IMG/VR virus record: IMGVR_UViG_2775507096_000001
Span: 1 to 64,000 of that record
Origin: a virus
Lineage: Duplodnaviria > Caudoviricetes
Length of the DNA: 64,000 nucleotides
Reading direction: 5' to 3' (one strand)
The position numbers and the translations under genes were made by a program. The notes beneath the pieces were generated by a model, which saw nothing but the letters and a program-made list of their open reading frames with translations, did no database searches and had not been told where the DNA came from. Positions 9,651-19,319 of the stretch are shown here, piece by piece; the stretch's first letter is position 1, and every line of letters starts with the position of its first letter.

Positions 9651-9955
9651 TGCCCGCACCCTCGCACTGCGGCGTCTGCGGCGCGGCGATCCGGTGGACC
9701 ATCACCGAGGGCAGGAAGCGGCTCGCCGTCGACGCCGAGCCGCACCCGGACGGCAACACGGCAGTCTCCAGGGACGGGCGGGGCACGTGGCTGTCACGCC
9801 GGCCGACGGAAGACCTGCCCCTCGCCCCCTTCGAGAAGCTGCACAAGCCCCACGTGGCCACCTGCACGGGCCGACAGAGCAGCGAGCCGATGACCCGCTG
9901 CCTCGGCGTCATCAACCTCGACGAGCGCCGCCGCGACCGGGGAGGCCGCCGGTGA
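9650..9955 (+). CDS. Hypothetical Zn-binding protein
   Basis: CGVCGAAIRW...HVATC. Confidence 0.65.
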   Translation: MPAPSHCGVCGAAIRWTITEGRKRLAVDAEPHPDGNTAVSRDGRGTWLSRRPTEDLPLAPFEKLHKPHVATCTGRQSSEPMTRCLGVINLDERRRDRGGRR

Positions 9956-10524
9956 AGGACGAGATCACCGGCGTCCAGTACATGGATGCGACCGTCCTGC
10001 GGGTCACCCCGCTCGACGAGGCCGGCACACCGAACCACCCGCGGGCCATGTCCTTCCACCTGGACGAGCCGGTGCAGGTCGGCGTCGGCACGCTGGAACC
10101 CAAGCGGCAGTTCGGGCTGCTGGCGACCGTCCAGGGCCTCGACCTGGCCGTCGGCCTGGTCGCCGACAGAGGGCCGTGGCTGCGCGCCGATGTGCAGGCC
10201 ATCGCGGAGAGCATCTGGCAGGAGCGCCGCACCGGCGCCGCGGTCGAGTGGTGGGCCGAAGCCGACCTGGGGTTCTGGTGGTACACCCTCGTCCCCTGGT
10301 GGCGGCACGAGTGGGACACCGACCGGTGGCCGTTCAAGAACGCGGAGGACCGCCAGGCGTACGCCGTGGGCTACTGCCGCACGGTCGACGCCTACGACTG
10401 GCCGGCCCCGGCCCCGCTGCGGGACCCGCACGGCCTGACCCCCGGCACCCAGCTCGTCTACGCCCGGACGCCGGTCGAGCCGCCCGCGCCCGGCCTGCCC
10501 CCGTACCCGGGAGCCGCCGCGTGA
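9952..10524 (+). CDS. Hypothetical protein
   Basis: GGAGG RBS, GTGA coupling. Confidence 0.65.
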   Translation: MKDEITGVQYMDATVLRVTPLDEAGTPNHPRAMSFHLDEPVQVGVGTLEPKRQFGLLATVQGLDLAVGLVADRGPWLRADVQAIAESIWQERRTGAAVEWWAEADLGFWWYTLVPWWRHEWDTDRWPFKNAEDRQAYAVGYCRTVDAYDWPAPAPLRDPHGLTPGTQLVYARTPVEPPAPGLPPYPGAAA

Positions 10525-10643
10525 TCCTCCTCGGCCTCTACCTGTTCAGCGTCGTGACCTGGACGGCCGGCCTCTTCGGCCACGCGGCAGTCCTGGGACC
10601 CCTCGCGCGCAGCGTCCGCGCACGGCTGCGAGGTGGCCTGTGA
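10521..10643 (+). CDS. Small hydrophobic protein
   Basis: GTGA overlap, TM-like. Confidence 0.4.
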   Translation: MILLGLYLFSVVTWTAGLFGHAAVLGPLARSVRARLRGGL

Positions 10644-10654
10644 TGGCCGCGCGG

Positions 10655-10867
10655 TCACTTCTGCTTCGGCTCAGCCGGGACGGCCGTCAGTCCCAGCGCC
10701 TCCAGTGCCCGCTCGTAGAAGTCCATGGACACGATCGCCCCGACGCGCTTACCGCGGCTAGTCAGGACGGTCGAGTCATTGCCGTACCGGGCACGGCCGA
10801 TGGCGTCCGCGAAGGAGTTACGCACCTCGGCGATCGACTCGACGTGCTCAGTGATCGGTTCTGTCAT
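10655..10867 (-). CDS. Phd/YefM-family antitoxin (orphan)
   Basis: SIAEVRNSFADAIGRARY...TVLTSRGKRVGAIVSMDFYE. Confidence 0.82.
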   Translation of the reverse strand: MTEPITEHVESIAEVRNSFADAIGRARYGNDSTVLTSRGKRVGAIVSMDFYERALEALGLTAVPAEPKQK

Positions 10868-11126
10868 GCCGTCAGTGTACGACGCCGCCTCTATGTACGT
10901 CAGCGGCATTGTGCGCTTTATGTACATGAGAGCTATGATCGAGGTATGCCCAGCAGCCAGGTTCGGCCCGGCGTGGCCACTCCTCCCGTGCCTCGCCACC
11001 TGCCTCTTTGTCGTCTCGACCTGACCCCCGAGGGGTTCCCCCAGCCCGCCCTGCCGCCGGTGCTTCCACCCGAAACGTCCTGAGACCTCGCCCCCTCCAG
11101 CACGACCTGAAAGTGAGCCTCACCCC

Positions 11127-12500
11127 GTGAGCCTGTATCCGATCTTGTGGGCCGTCGAGCACGCTCCGGTGCGCGACGCTGAGGAGCGCGCCATCCTCAT
11201 GGCCCTGGTCGTCAAGGGCGACTTCGACGGGATGAACTGCTTTCGCTCGTACCCGACCCTGGCGAAGGTCGCGCGAGTGGATCCGAAGACCGCTGGCCGG
11301 AAGTGCCGAGAGATGGAGCAGCGGGGCATCCTGCGGCGCCAGACGGAGTTCCTGTCCGAGGTCTGGCTGAGGATCCCTGAGTCGCAGCGGCCGGTGCCGT
11401 GGGAGGTGATGATCCCGGCGTCCTGGTACAGCCGTGCTCAGCTCGCCGAGATCAACCACCAGCGGGAGTCGCTTGGTCGTCCGCCCATCACCCGGCAGAA
11501 CCGGCCCGACTTGCCCGAGGCGCCGCCCAAGGCTGCCCGGTCCGACAAAGGTAAGAAGCGGCCGAAGAAGGAAGATCAGGACGCGGACCCAGGGACTGAG
11601 AGTCCCGGGGCTACTGGCGGTAACCCAGGGACTGAGAGTCCCCGGCCTACCGGAGGTAACCCAGGGACTGAGAGTCCCCACCCCCCGGACTCTGAGTCCC
11701 TGGCCCAGGGACTGACAGTCCCCCAACCTTCTGAGAGACCTTCCGAGATACCTTCCGAGCTGGCGCCTTCGGCGCGTAGCGCCGCTGACGTCCGTAGGAC
11801 TGGTGCAGGTAGTAGCGCGCGAGCGAACGGCGGCTCTGCCGCGACGTCGAAGAAGCTGCGACTGACCCGGGAGCAGGGTGCGGCTGTGCGGGCCGTGGAG
11901 GCCGCGTTGCCTCGCCCGCTGCTGGCTCAGCTGCCTGGGCAGCGGATCCCGAGGAACAACTACCGGGCGGTGCTCGCCGCGCTGGAGTCCCGGACGCCTG
12001 AGCAGATCGCCGCACGGGTCGGCCGCCGCTGGGTCGGCTGGGGCTTCGAGCCCGCCTGCCACGACGGCCTGATCCGCAGTGCGGTCGGTGCGGCGATGGC
12101 TCTGATCGGGCCTACGCCGTACTGCCCCGATCCGTCGTGCGAGGACGGCGTCATGGTCGACACGGGCGCCGAGTGCCGGGTCTGTGTGGAGCGGCGGGCG
12201 CACCGGCGCGCGGCCTACAACCGCGGGGACGATCCGCGCCGGACCAGCCGGGCCGCCGCGCCGCGCCCTGAGTGCATCGACTGCGGTCGCCCGCTCGCCG
12301 GGGACATCCCCGCCGACGGGATGTGCCGCGCATGCCGCGTGACGCCCACTGAAGCCATCGCGGCGCTCAAGGCGCGCTGGGCGGCCGAGGACGCGGCCCG
12401 CGCGGAGATGGAAGCCCTGCACGCCGAGGCCGCCCACCGCCGTGAGCAGCGCGCCGCCAGATCCCAGACCACCCCGCAGGACGGCACCCCGCCGTTCTGA
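11127..12500 (+). CDS. Phage replication initiator (N-terminal wHTH, C-terminal Cys clusters)
   Basis: ERAILMAL...SYPTLAKVARVDPKTAGRKCREME; contains iterons. Confidence 0.8.
   Translation: MSLYPILWAVEHAPVRDAEERAILMALVVKGDFDGMNCFRSYPTLAKVARVDPKTAGRKCREMEQRGILRRQTEFLSEVWLRIPESQRPVPWEVMIPASWYSRAQLAEINHQRESLGRPPITRQNRPDLPEAPPKAARSDKGKKRPKKEDQDADPGTESPGATGGNPGTESPRPTGGNPGTESPHPPDSESLAQGLTVPQPSERPSEIPSELAPSARSAADVRRTGAGSSARANGGSAATSKKLRLTREQGAAVRAVEAALPRPLLAQLPGQRIPRNNYRAVLAALESRTPEQIAARVGRRWVGWGFEPACHDGLIRSAVGAAMALIGPTPYCPDPSCEDGVMVDTGAECRVCVERRAHRRAAYNRGDDPRRTSRAAAPRPECIDCGRPLAGDIPADGMCRACRVTPTEAIAALKARWAAEDAARAEMEALHAEAAHRREQRAARSQTTPQDGTPPF
11587..11722. repeat. Iterons / putative phage origin
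   Basis: ACCCAGGGACTGAGAGTCCC at 11587, 11623, 11659 (36-bp period) plus variants at 11687 and 11704. Confidence 0.8.
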
Positions 12501-12529
12501 ACCACCACACCCAACCAGGGAGGCAGTTC

Positions 12530-12697
12530 ATGGAGATCCGCCGCACCGCCGACACCGTCCATGTCGCGATGACCGTCGAAGAGGCCGCGGCCGTCCGCGA
12601 TGACCTCGGCCAGATCTGGGCCAGCAAGGTCAGCGCGGCCGGGGACCAGATGCACAGCCTGCTGGAGTCCGTCACCGAGGACCAGCCCACCGTCTGA
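12530..12697 (+). CDS. Small hypothetical protein
   Basis: GGGAGG RBS; MEIRRTADTVHVAMT (55 aa). Confidence 0.6.
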   Translation: MEIRRTADTVHVAMTVEEAAAVRDDLGQIWASKVSAAGDQMHSLLESVTEDQPTV

Positions 12698-12719
12698 CCA
12701 CCACGAAGGAGAACCTGAC

Positions 12720-13478
12720 ATGACATGGAACCCGCGGCTCGACGTCGTCGAGCTACTGGAGGCCGCCGGCTGGGTCGGCGACGAGGAGAACCCGCTCGGC
12801 CTGCTCCGCTGCAACGGCGCCATATGGGGCGTGACCAGCGACGGCGGCGACTCCAGCCTGACCGAGCCCGCCGCCGGGGAGACGATCGAGTTCCCCAGCG
12901 GCACCCCGGCCGAGGTCATCGTGGCCGCCTGCCTCGCCGCCGCCGAGCAGTTGGAGGACCTCGTCCACAAGACCGGCCGACTGCGGACCGCCCTGGCCTC
13001 GGCGAAACGCCGCGCGGCGCGTCGGCAGCCGCACGAGCGTGAGGGGCTGATCTTCCACCTGGAGCGGGAGGCCAAGCGGCTGCACGAGTTCGTGGAGATC
13101 GCGAACGCTGCCGCCGAGACGGCGACGCGGTTCTGGGCGGAGTCGAGCGCCGAGGCGCTGAAGCTGCGAGAGGCGAACGAGAAGCTGCGCCGCCGGGTCC
13201 ATGAGCTGGAGGCGCTGACCAGCAGCGCACATGCCGGCGGCTGGAGCGAGCAGCAGGGCGCCGAGATCCGCGCGCAGGTCGGCGCGTTCCTCGCGGCCCC
13301 GCGGATGCACCCGGCCGTGTCTGCGGCGGGGACCGTCAACCATGCCCGTGAGCTGATCGCCGCGCTGCTCGCACAGGTCAATCACCTGACTGCCCAGGCT
13401 GCGGCCGAACGCTCCACGGAGCCGGCCACGGACCCCGAGGGGTGCGGCGATGCCCGCCACGACGAGCCCGCCGCCTGA
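12720..13478 (+). CDS. Hypothetical coiled-coil protein
   Basis: AAGGAG RBS. Confidence 0.7.
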   Translation: MTWNPRLDVVELLEAAGWVGDEENPLGLLRCNGAIWGVTSDGGDSSLTEPAAGETIEFPSGTPAEVIVAACLAAAEQLEDLVHKTGRLRTALASAKRRAARRQPHEREGLIFHLEREAKRLHEFVEIANAAAETATRFWAESSAEALKLREANEKLRRRVHELEALTSSAHAGGWSEQQGAEIRAQVGAFLAAPRMHPAVSAAGTVNHARELIAALLAQVNHLTAQAAAERSTEPATDPEGCGDARHDEPAA

Positions 13479-13548
13479 CCAGGCAGGAGGTCGCCCGCTG
13501 TCGGTAGCAGCGGGCGACCCGCCACCACTCTACGAAGGAGAACCCCCA

Positions 13549-14373
13549 GTGCAGCAGTTTCAGACCCCGGACGTCACGCGTGAGTTCCTGCGTCTCTGCT
13601 TGGACCCCGGCCCCGGCCGCGAGAAGCGCACCCCGGTCCGGTTGCTGGAGGTGCTGCCGCAGCAGATGCACGACGCGGTGATCCGGCACGCCCCGTACCT
13701 GCGCGCGATGCGGGACCGTGTCGACGCGCTCGCCGAGCAGCACCAGGCGGCGAAGCATGAGTACGCCGACGCGCTCACCGCGTGGATCCACGGGGAGGAG
13801 CCGAAGCCGGTCGACGAGCGGTACGTGATCGGCCGGGACGGCGTCTTCGCCACCCTGTACGACCGGCAGGAGCAGCGCCTGGTCGTGGAGAACGCGACCG
13901 AGGAGTACTGCCGCCAGGTGCGGGATGCGCTCCTTGCCACCCAGGGGCGGCCGTGCGTGAAGTGCAGCGCCCTCGCTCCGGATCACATCGCGTGGGCCAA
14001 GGGCCACCTGTATGTGGAGCCCGACGAGCCGCAGCCGGCCCCGGCACCGGCGCGCAGGTCGATGCCGCTGCTGGAAGTGGCCGCAGCCGCGCACGACGCC
14101 GCGGTGACGCACGCCGCGAAGTGCGGCACCTGCTGGCCCGGCATGCGGCTCGCGGAGATGTGCGAGGACGGGCAGCGCGCTGCGCTTGCGGTGCTTGAGC
14201 CTCCTGAGGCGGCGCCGCAGTGCGCGCACGTCGCCTGGGAGGTCACCCACGAGTACCGGAACGGGCTGGGGACCTGGACCAAGCTCCGCAAGTGCTCCGA
14301 CTGCGGTGAGCGTCTCCCCTCGATCGTCGAGCTCGAACCGCACCTGGCCGAGAACGCGGGGGAGCAGCGGTGA
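13549..14373 (+). CDS. Hypothetical protein with CxxC motifs
   Basis: AAGGAG RBS, GTG start. Confidence 0.65.
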   Translation: MQQFQTPDVTREFLRLCLDPGPGREKRTPVRLLEVLPQQMHDAVIRHAPYLRAMRDRVDALAEQHQAAKHEYADALTAWIHGEEPKPVDERYVIGRDGVFATLYDRQEQRLVVENATEEYCRQVRDALLATQGRPCVKCSALAPDHIAWAKGHLYVEPDEPQPAPAPARRSMPLLEVAAAAHDAAVTHAAKCGTCWPGMRLAEMCEDGQRAALAVLEPPEAAPQCAHVAWEVTHEYRNGLGTWTKLRKCSDCGERLPSIVELEPHLAENAGEQR

Positions 14374-14678
14374 GCGGCGAGACCTGGACCTGGGCCGCCC
14401 TCGCCCTGGCCTGCATGTGGATCGGCGGCTACGCCACCGGCCGAGGCCGCCCGATCCGCGAACTCACCAGCTGGGCCGACTGGCAGTTCTGCTACGCCTC
14501 CCGCCGCTCGCCCTGGTTCTGGGTCGCCGTCCCGATCGTGTTCACCGCGGTCGCCGGACTGTTCCTCGTCCGGCCCCGCCGCTCCCTGCACAACTGGCGG
14601 GCGTCCCGCGAACGCGACCGGCAGCGCGGGCGCGACGTGCAGATACCCGCCCGGCTGAACAGGTTCCGCGACCGGTAA
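14370..14678 (+). CDS. Membrane protein
   Basis: Two hydrophobic segments. Confidence 0.6.
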   Translation: MSGETWTWAALALACMWIGGYATGRGRPIRELTSWADWQFCYASRRSPWFWVAVPIVFTAVAGLFLVRPRRSLHNWRASRERDRQRGRDVQIPARLNRFRDR

Positions 14679-14756
14679 GCCCACCACCCCGCCCCTGCGC
14701 CGGCCGCCCCCTGCGGCGGCCGGCCCCACCCGCCAGCACGACCCCGGAGGAACCCG

Positions 14757-15050
14757 ATGAGCGACCGCCCCAACGGACTTGACCGCCTGCTCGGTTACGT
14801 CTCGGCCCACCTGCCCGACGAGTCCAAGAACGAGCCGAAGCGCCTCACTCCCGAGGAGATCGACCGGGTGAGGACCGAACTCAGCAACGACCTGTTGGCC
14901 TTCGCCGAGCTGATGACGCCGGTCTTCGACCACGCCGACGGCATACGCGCCGACCTGGTCCGGCGCCGCTGGTCCCCCCAGGCCGCCGAACAGATCGCCC
15001 TGATCTGGCTCGTGAACACCGTGCAGAGCATCTTCGGGGCGAGGGCATGA
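14757..15050 (+). CDS. Hypothetical protein
   Basis: GGAGG RBS. Confidence 0.65.
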   Translation: MSDRPNGLDRLLGYVSAHLPDESKNEPKRLTPEEIDRVRTELSNDLLAFAELMTPVFDHADGIRADLVRRRWSPQAAEQIALIWLVNTVQSIFGARA

Positions 15051-15331
15051 CCGGCCACAGTCTCCTGCTGGTGCTCGCCTGGCTCGCCGCGGCGGTCGCG
15101 GTCACCGCCGCCTGGTCCGCACGGGCCGCGGTCCGCCGGCTCCGCACCCACAGGGATAACAGGCAGGGTCTCGCGCGGGCCCGCCGCCCGGACGCTCCGC
15201 CGCACGGCGGCTTGCTCTGCTATGGCGACCACGGTGACGTCCTATGCATCCGCCCCGCCGACGACACCCACAGCCGCCACGTGCCGTACCGCCCGACACC
15301 GAAGGACACCCCATGCGCATCACCCGACTGA
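15047..15331 (+). CDS. Small membrane-anchored protein
   Basis: ATGA overlap, N-terminal TM. Confidence 0.45.
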   Translation: MTGHSLLLVLAWLAAAVAVTAAWSARAAVRRLRTHRDNRQGLARARRPDAPPHGGLLCYGDHGDVLCIRPADDTHSRHVPYRPTPKDTPCASPD

Positions 15332-15567
15332 CCCCCGACCAGGCACGTGCGCTCAGCGAGCAACTCGCCTGCACCACCGCGCTCCTGCGCCGCGTCCTCG
15401 ACGGCATCCGCGAGATGGCCCGCCAGGTCACCGAGACGTTCCGCTCGATCACCGCGCACCTGCGGCAGGCAGGCGTCATCCCGCCTGCCAACCGCGGCCT
15501 CCGGTGGCCCAACGACCGGCCAGCCTGGGCCAGCCCATACGGCCCCGACCCGAAGGGACACCGATGA
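15313..15567 (+). CDS. Hypothetical protein
   Basis: AAGGA RBS. Confidence 0.55.
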   Translation: MRITRLTPDQARALSEQLACTTALLRRVLDGIREMARQVTETFRSITAHLRQAGVIPPANRGLRWPNDRPAWASPYGPDPKGHR

Positions 15568-15941
15568 CCGTGCGCACCCACATCGACGACCTCAACAGCG
15601 CCCAGCTCGACGCCCTCTACGACGAACTCGACCGGCTCCGGGCCCTCGTCACCCGCCTCGGCATCACCGGCCCCGAGACCGCCCCACCGGCCCGCCGCTG
15701 GCAGGTCGAAGCCCGGATCAACGGCCGCTACGGCACCCTCATGCGGGACATCACCGACCGGAAACGCGCCGTCGACTCCTACCATCGGCGCCGCAAGCAG
15801 CACCCCGACAGCGGCGTCCGCCTCGTCCAGCGCATCACCATCAGCGCCATCGACGACCCCGACACCGAACCCGCAGAGACCGAAGGGACCGACCGCTGCC
15901 TGTGGTGCGCCGCACCCCACACCGGGCAGGCCACCCGATGA
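15564..15941 (+). CDS. Hypothetical protein
   Basis: IDDLNSAQLDALYDELD start; coupled. Confidence 0.65.
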   Translation: MTVRTHIDDLNSAQLDALYDELDRLRALVTRLGITGPETAPPARRWQVEARINGRYGTLMRDITDRKRAVDSYHRRRKQHPDSGVRLVQRITISAIDDPDTEPAETEGTDRCLWCAAPHTGQATR

Positions 15942-16153
15942 CCGACCAGCCCGACAAGCCCGCCGCCAAGCCGGCGACGCGCACCCTCCTCGCCCACGCC
16001 CTCCAGCAGGACAGGCAACGGCAGGCGAGTGGCGTCCGCGTCGAGTACCGGGCCCGCGTCCCCCGGCACCTGCTCGCCGCCGCCCTCGCCGAAGCGTTCG
16101 CCGTCATCGAACGCGAGACACAGCAGCAGGACACCCCGCCCACCCTCGACTGA
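15938..16153 (+). CDS. Hypothetical protein
   Basis: ATGA overlap. Confidence 0.5.
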   Translation: MTDQPDKPAAKPATRTLLAHALQQDRQRQASGVRVEYRARVPRHLLAAALAEAFAVIERETQQQDTPPTLD

Positions 16154-16168
16154 CCCGGGCACAAGCAA

Positions 16169-16194
16169 AGCCCCCGGCGGCTGCCGGGGGCCTT
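16169..16194. terminator. Hairpin between convergent units
   Basis: GCCCCCGGC-ggct-GCCGGGGGC. Confidence 0.6.
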
Positions 16195-16249
16195 GTTGCG
16201 TGGACGCGCACCATCAGCGTACGGGGTTACCGACAGCGCGTCGACATCT

Positions 16250-16801
16250 TCAGCGCCGCTTGAGTGCCGACTGGTACTCCGCGGCCTGCTTCGGCGTCAG
16301 GTAGTGCGACACCCGCACCAGCACCGGCCCGTCCAGGTAGTGGTACTCAGCCAGCGCCGGCATCGACTTCGTCACCGACTCGATGTACTCAGAGCGCGCC
16401 TTCGCGTCCCCCGCGCTCTCGAACACCTCGATGGCCCCGCCGCGCAGCGAGTCGTCCTTGTCCAGGCCCTCGACGTCAGACCCCGAGATCCGCGAGTCAG
16501 TGAACGTGACCTTCGACGTGTACTGACCCGGACGCCCCAGCAATTTGTTCGGGTCGGTCTCCGCCGTGACCACAGTGCCCAGCTTCGCCGCACCGACTTC
16601 GCCCGACAGCTTCGTGAACACCTCCCGGGCCGTAGCCGGCTGCGACGGCGACGGCCGCGAATCCCCATCGGCCGACGCCGACGCGGCGCTGCCGCCCCCG
16701 GCCGCCGGCTTCGACGAGTCGTCCGATCCCCCACACCCGGCCAGCACGCCCACCGCCAGCACAACGGCAGCAGCCCCCACGGCTAAACGGACCTTGCGCA
16801 T
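16250..16801 (-). CDS. Lipoprotein (candidate superinfection exclusion)
   Basis: MRKVRLAVGAAAVVLAVGVLAGC lipobox; TTA at codon 6. Confidence 0.82.
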   Translation of the reverse strand: MRKVRLAVGAAAVVLAVGVLAGCGGSDDSSKPAAGGGSAASASADGDSRPSPSQPATAREVFTKLSGEVGAAKLGTVVTAETDPNKLLGRPGQYTSKVTFTDSRISGSDVEGLDKDDSLRGGAIEVFESAGDAKARSEYIESVTKSMPALAEYHYLDGPVLVRVSHYLTPKQAAEYQSALKRR

Positions 16802-16924
16802 GATCCCTCGCTCCCTCACACGGGACAGCGCGACCACCGCGCCCCCGCATCCCCATAAACGACCGATGAACGGTTCAGTCGCTCGATGATGCCCTGCCAC
16901 TGCTCGCCGACTGCGCGGTTTCGG

Positions 16925-17436
16925 TCAGGTGCTACCCGCCTGCCGCTTGAACAGAGCGGCGCGTAGTTCCTCGACCAGCTTCGGCCACGCGCCCGACTCG
17001 TCGAGAACGTCGATGTACGCAGCCTCGCCGGCGAGCCAGCGTTGCCTATCGGGAAGGCCAGCGACGCGGCCGGCTTCCCATATCTCGGCGCGCAGCAGCT
17101 CAGCGGCTCGCTTCGAGCGGGCTCGACGAGCGTTGAGTTCATTCCTGCGCCGCACGCCCGGGGTGTCGGGCACACGTACCGAGACGTCTCCATGATGTTG
17201 TGCGGCGGTTCCTCAGTGCGGATCGCCTCCATTTCCGCGATGTACGCGCCCACCCGACTGTCACACCACTCCACCTCGCGGCGCGCAACGTCAGGCCACC
17301 ACGGCTTGTTACGGTGCGCCTCGCACCGTTCGTCCGGGTCGTACGCCGAGCCGATGTAAAGCAGCCGCCCGACGGCGTCATACAGGCGATACACCGCCGC
17401 CGGCCTTGTCGGCGCCGTCGCCTCCCTCGCTCCCAC
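16925..17436 (-). pseudogene. GIY-YIG-like protein, apparently frameshifted near 17170
   Basis: AVYRLYDAVGRLLYIGS..R...H...E..AI..E.P.HN; coding continues in another frame (PDTPGVRRR...). Confidence 0.5.
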
Positions 17437-18025
17437 GCTTCCGCCTCCCTGTCCGTGGTCGGTTCTTCCCCGACCCGCTGTAGCCGCGTTCGATGTCCTG
17501 CACGGTGCTGATCGAGCAACCGAGCGTCTCGGCGATCTCGCGATATGTGACCTTCTTCGCGCGCTGCGCAAGCACCCAGGCCCGTCGCGTCTCCTTGAGC
17601 TTCGGCCCGCTGTCCGACTGCACTTTCAGTACCTCGGTGATCGCCCGCGCCTGCCGGGCCGCATCGTCCATCTGCTCGATGACTTGCAGGGCGTCGAGCA
17701 CCCGCCAGGCCTCGGGGGTTGCCTCGGGCGACGGCACGGGGCGCGGGCGCCACACCTGGTTGAGTTCGGGCTGCTCGGCCACGATCGCCTGCGCTTCAGC
17801 GGTGTACGCCGCCGCCCGGTCCTCGAACCAGTCCAGCGAGTACTCGGCAGCGAGGGGCCACCAGACTGTGCGGCTCCTGTGCTCATGCCACCGCTGCCGG
17901 GGGCGCTCGCTGCTGCCCACATACAGCAGCCTGCCGCCGGCGTTGAAGACCCGGTACACGGCTGAGCGTCCGCCGGTTTCGGCCGGCGGAAGCGCACTGA
18001 TGGGGAACCTCTGTAAAGCGGTCAT
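17378..18025 (-). CDS. GIY-YIG-like domain fused to HTH
   Basis: AVYRVFNAGGRLLYVGSS..R...H...AEAQAI..EQPELN plus TYREIAETLGCSISTVQ; TTA at codon 4. Confidence 0.75.
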   Translation of the reverse strand: MTALQRFPISALPPAETGGRSAVYRVFNAGGRLLYVGSSERPRQRWHEHRSRTVWWPLAAEYSLDWFEDRAAAYTAEAQAIVAEQPELNQVWRPRPVPSPEATPEAWRVLDALQVIEQMDDAARQARAITEVLKVQSDSGPKLKETRRAWVLAQRAKKVTYREIAETLGCSISTVQDIERGYSGSGKNRPRTGRRKRGSEGGDGADKAGGGVSPV

Positions 18026-18357
18026 TCCTCCCTCTCGGCCTTGGCGGCCCGCTCGTTCTTCTTCCGCTGCGCGCCGCTCAGCCCCTTGCCGATCTGCTGC
18101 GCACGCTCGGGCTTGATACCACCGCCGATGATCGCGGCGATCTGCGGCCAAGTGAGCCCCTGGTCCCGCAGCTGAAGGACGCTGTCCTGTCGGATGCTTC
18201 GCAGCTCCGAATGCAGGTCAGGCCACCGACGCAGAGCCTCGGAAGCGACCTTCGTTCGCTCGGCCGGGTCCTCGATGGCTCTGAACGCCTCGATGGCGTC
18301 CACCAACCGGCTCACCTCCTCGGAGTCCTGTCCTGTGGCCTCGGGCTCGTCCGACAC
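18022..18357 (-). CDS. HTH regulator (Kor-like position)
   Basis: GLTWPQIAAIIGGGIKPERAQQI; divergent from the spd-like operon. Confidence 0.7.
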   Translation of the reverse strand: MSDEPEATGQDSEEVSRLVDAIEAFRAIEDPAERTKVASEALRRWPDLHSELRSIRQDSVLQLRDQGLTWPQIAAIIGGGIKPERAQQIGKGLSGAQRKKNERAAKAEREE

Positions 18358-18397
18358 GCCGGCTCCCTTCCTGGCGAGAGCGCAACCGAGGCAGGTC

Positions 18398-18441
18398 AAA
18401 CCCTAGGGCTTGCATCTCGATGAGTACAAGCCCTAGGGTTT
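18398..18441 (+). promoter_or_regulatory. Promoter overlapped by a perfect 15-bp inverted-repeat operator
   Basis: AAACCCTAGGGCTTG-N14-CAAGCCCTAGGGTTT; TTGCAT-N18-TAGGGT. Confidence 0.75.
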
Positions 18442-18556
18442 GGCTCCGCGAGGTCGGCTCCTTCGACTTCGTTCCGTCAAATGAATCGGCGCCGGGCGGT
18501 GTTGTGGAAGGCCCGCCCGGCGCCGGTCGCCCACCTGAGCTACCAGGAGGACGAAC

Positions 18557-18844
18557 GTGTCAAAGGTTAGCCGGGCGCCTGGCGCCCATGAGGAAGAACC
18601 GGCCGAGGCCGGGCAGGTCAGTGAGGCTGTCCGTGCGAAGGTGATCGAGATCGCCGACCTGCTGCGGCAGCAGGACCCCGACCTGCCGGCCGACGAGCGC
18701 GTGCTGTCGGTGTTCATCGCGCGGCAGACGTGGGGTGCCGACGTCGAGTTCTACCGCGCGGTCCTCGCGGTCTTCCCGGACCCCGAGCCGGGTGAGACCG
18801 AGGGTGCGTACGGCGAGCGTGTGCTGAGGCTGGTGCGTCGATGA
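18557..18844 (+). CDS. Hypothetical protein
   Basis: AGGAGG RBS. Confidence 0.6.
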   Translation: MSKVSRAPGAHEEEPAEAGQVSEAVRAKVIEIADLLRQQDPDLPADERVLSVFIARQTWGADVEFYRAVLAVFPDPEPGETEGAYGERVLRLVRR

Positions 18845-19038
18845 GTGCCCGCCGGATCAGCACGAGGACGCCGAACCAGACCGTTGCGGAGCCGGCCACG
18901 GTGCGGACGTGCCGCGGGGACCGGGGCACGCCGAAGGAGCGGGCCGCCCGCGCGGACGCCGCGCTCGGGCAGGTTGAGTCGGCGAGGTTCCACGCGAAGG
19001 AGAGCGTGGAGTCGTGCGGGGGGAGGCGGAGCGCGTGA
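18841..19038 (+). CDS. Small hypothetical protein
   Basis: ATGA overlap. Confidence 0.45.
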   Translation: MSARRISTRTPNQTVAEPATVRTCRGDRGTPKERAARADAALGQVESARFHAKESVESCGGRRSA

Positions 19039-19241
19039 GCGCCTTCGGTCGACTGCGGGAGGCGCTGACCGGGGGTCCGCGCTACTCGCCCGGTGTCAGC
19101 CCGTGCGCGTCGACGCGGGTGCAGGAGAAGGCCGCCAGGCGGCAGGCCCGTGAGGCTGAGCTGGCGGCCGGTCGTCGCGCGCGGCACAGGGCGCGGGTCG
19201 CGCGGCAGGGCGACGAGAAGAAGCGCGGTCGGCGCCGCTGA
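19035..19241 (+). CDS. Small basic protein
   Basis: GGAGG RBS, GTGA overlap. Confidence 0.5.
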   Translation: MSAFGRLREALTGGPRYSPGVSPCASTRVQEKAARRQAREAELAAGRRARHRARVARQGDEKKRGRRR

Positions 19242-19319
19242 CCGCCACCTGATCGGCCGGGCCCTCGACCTTCCCAGGGAGGGCCCGGCCTCCCACAACC
19301 ACCGAGCAGGGGTAGGCCC

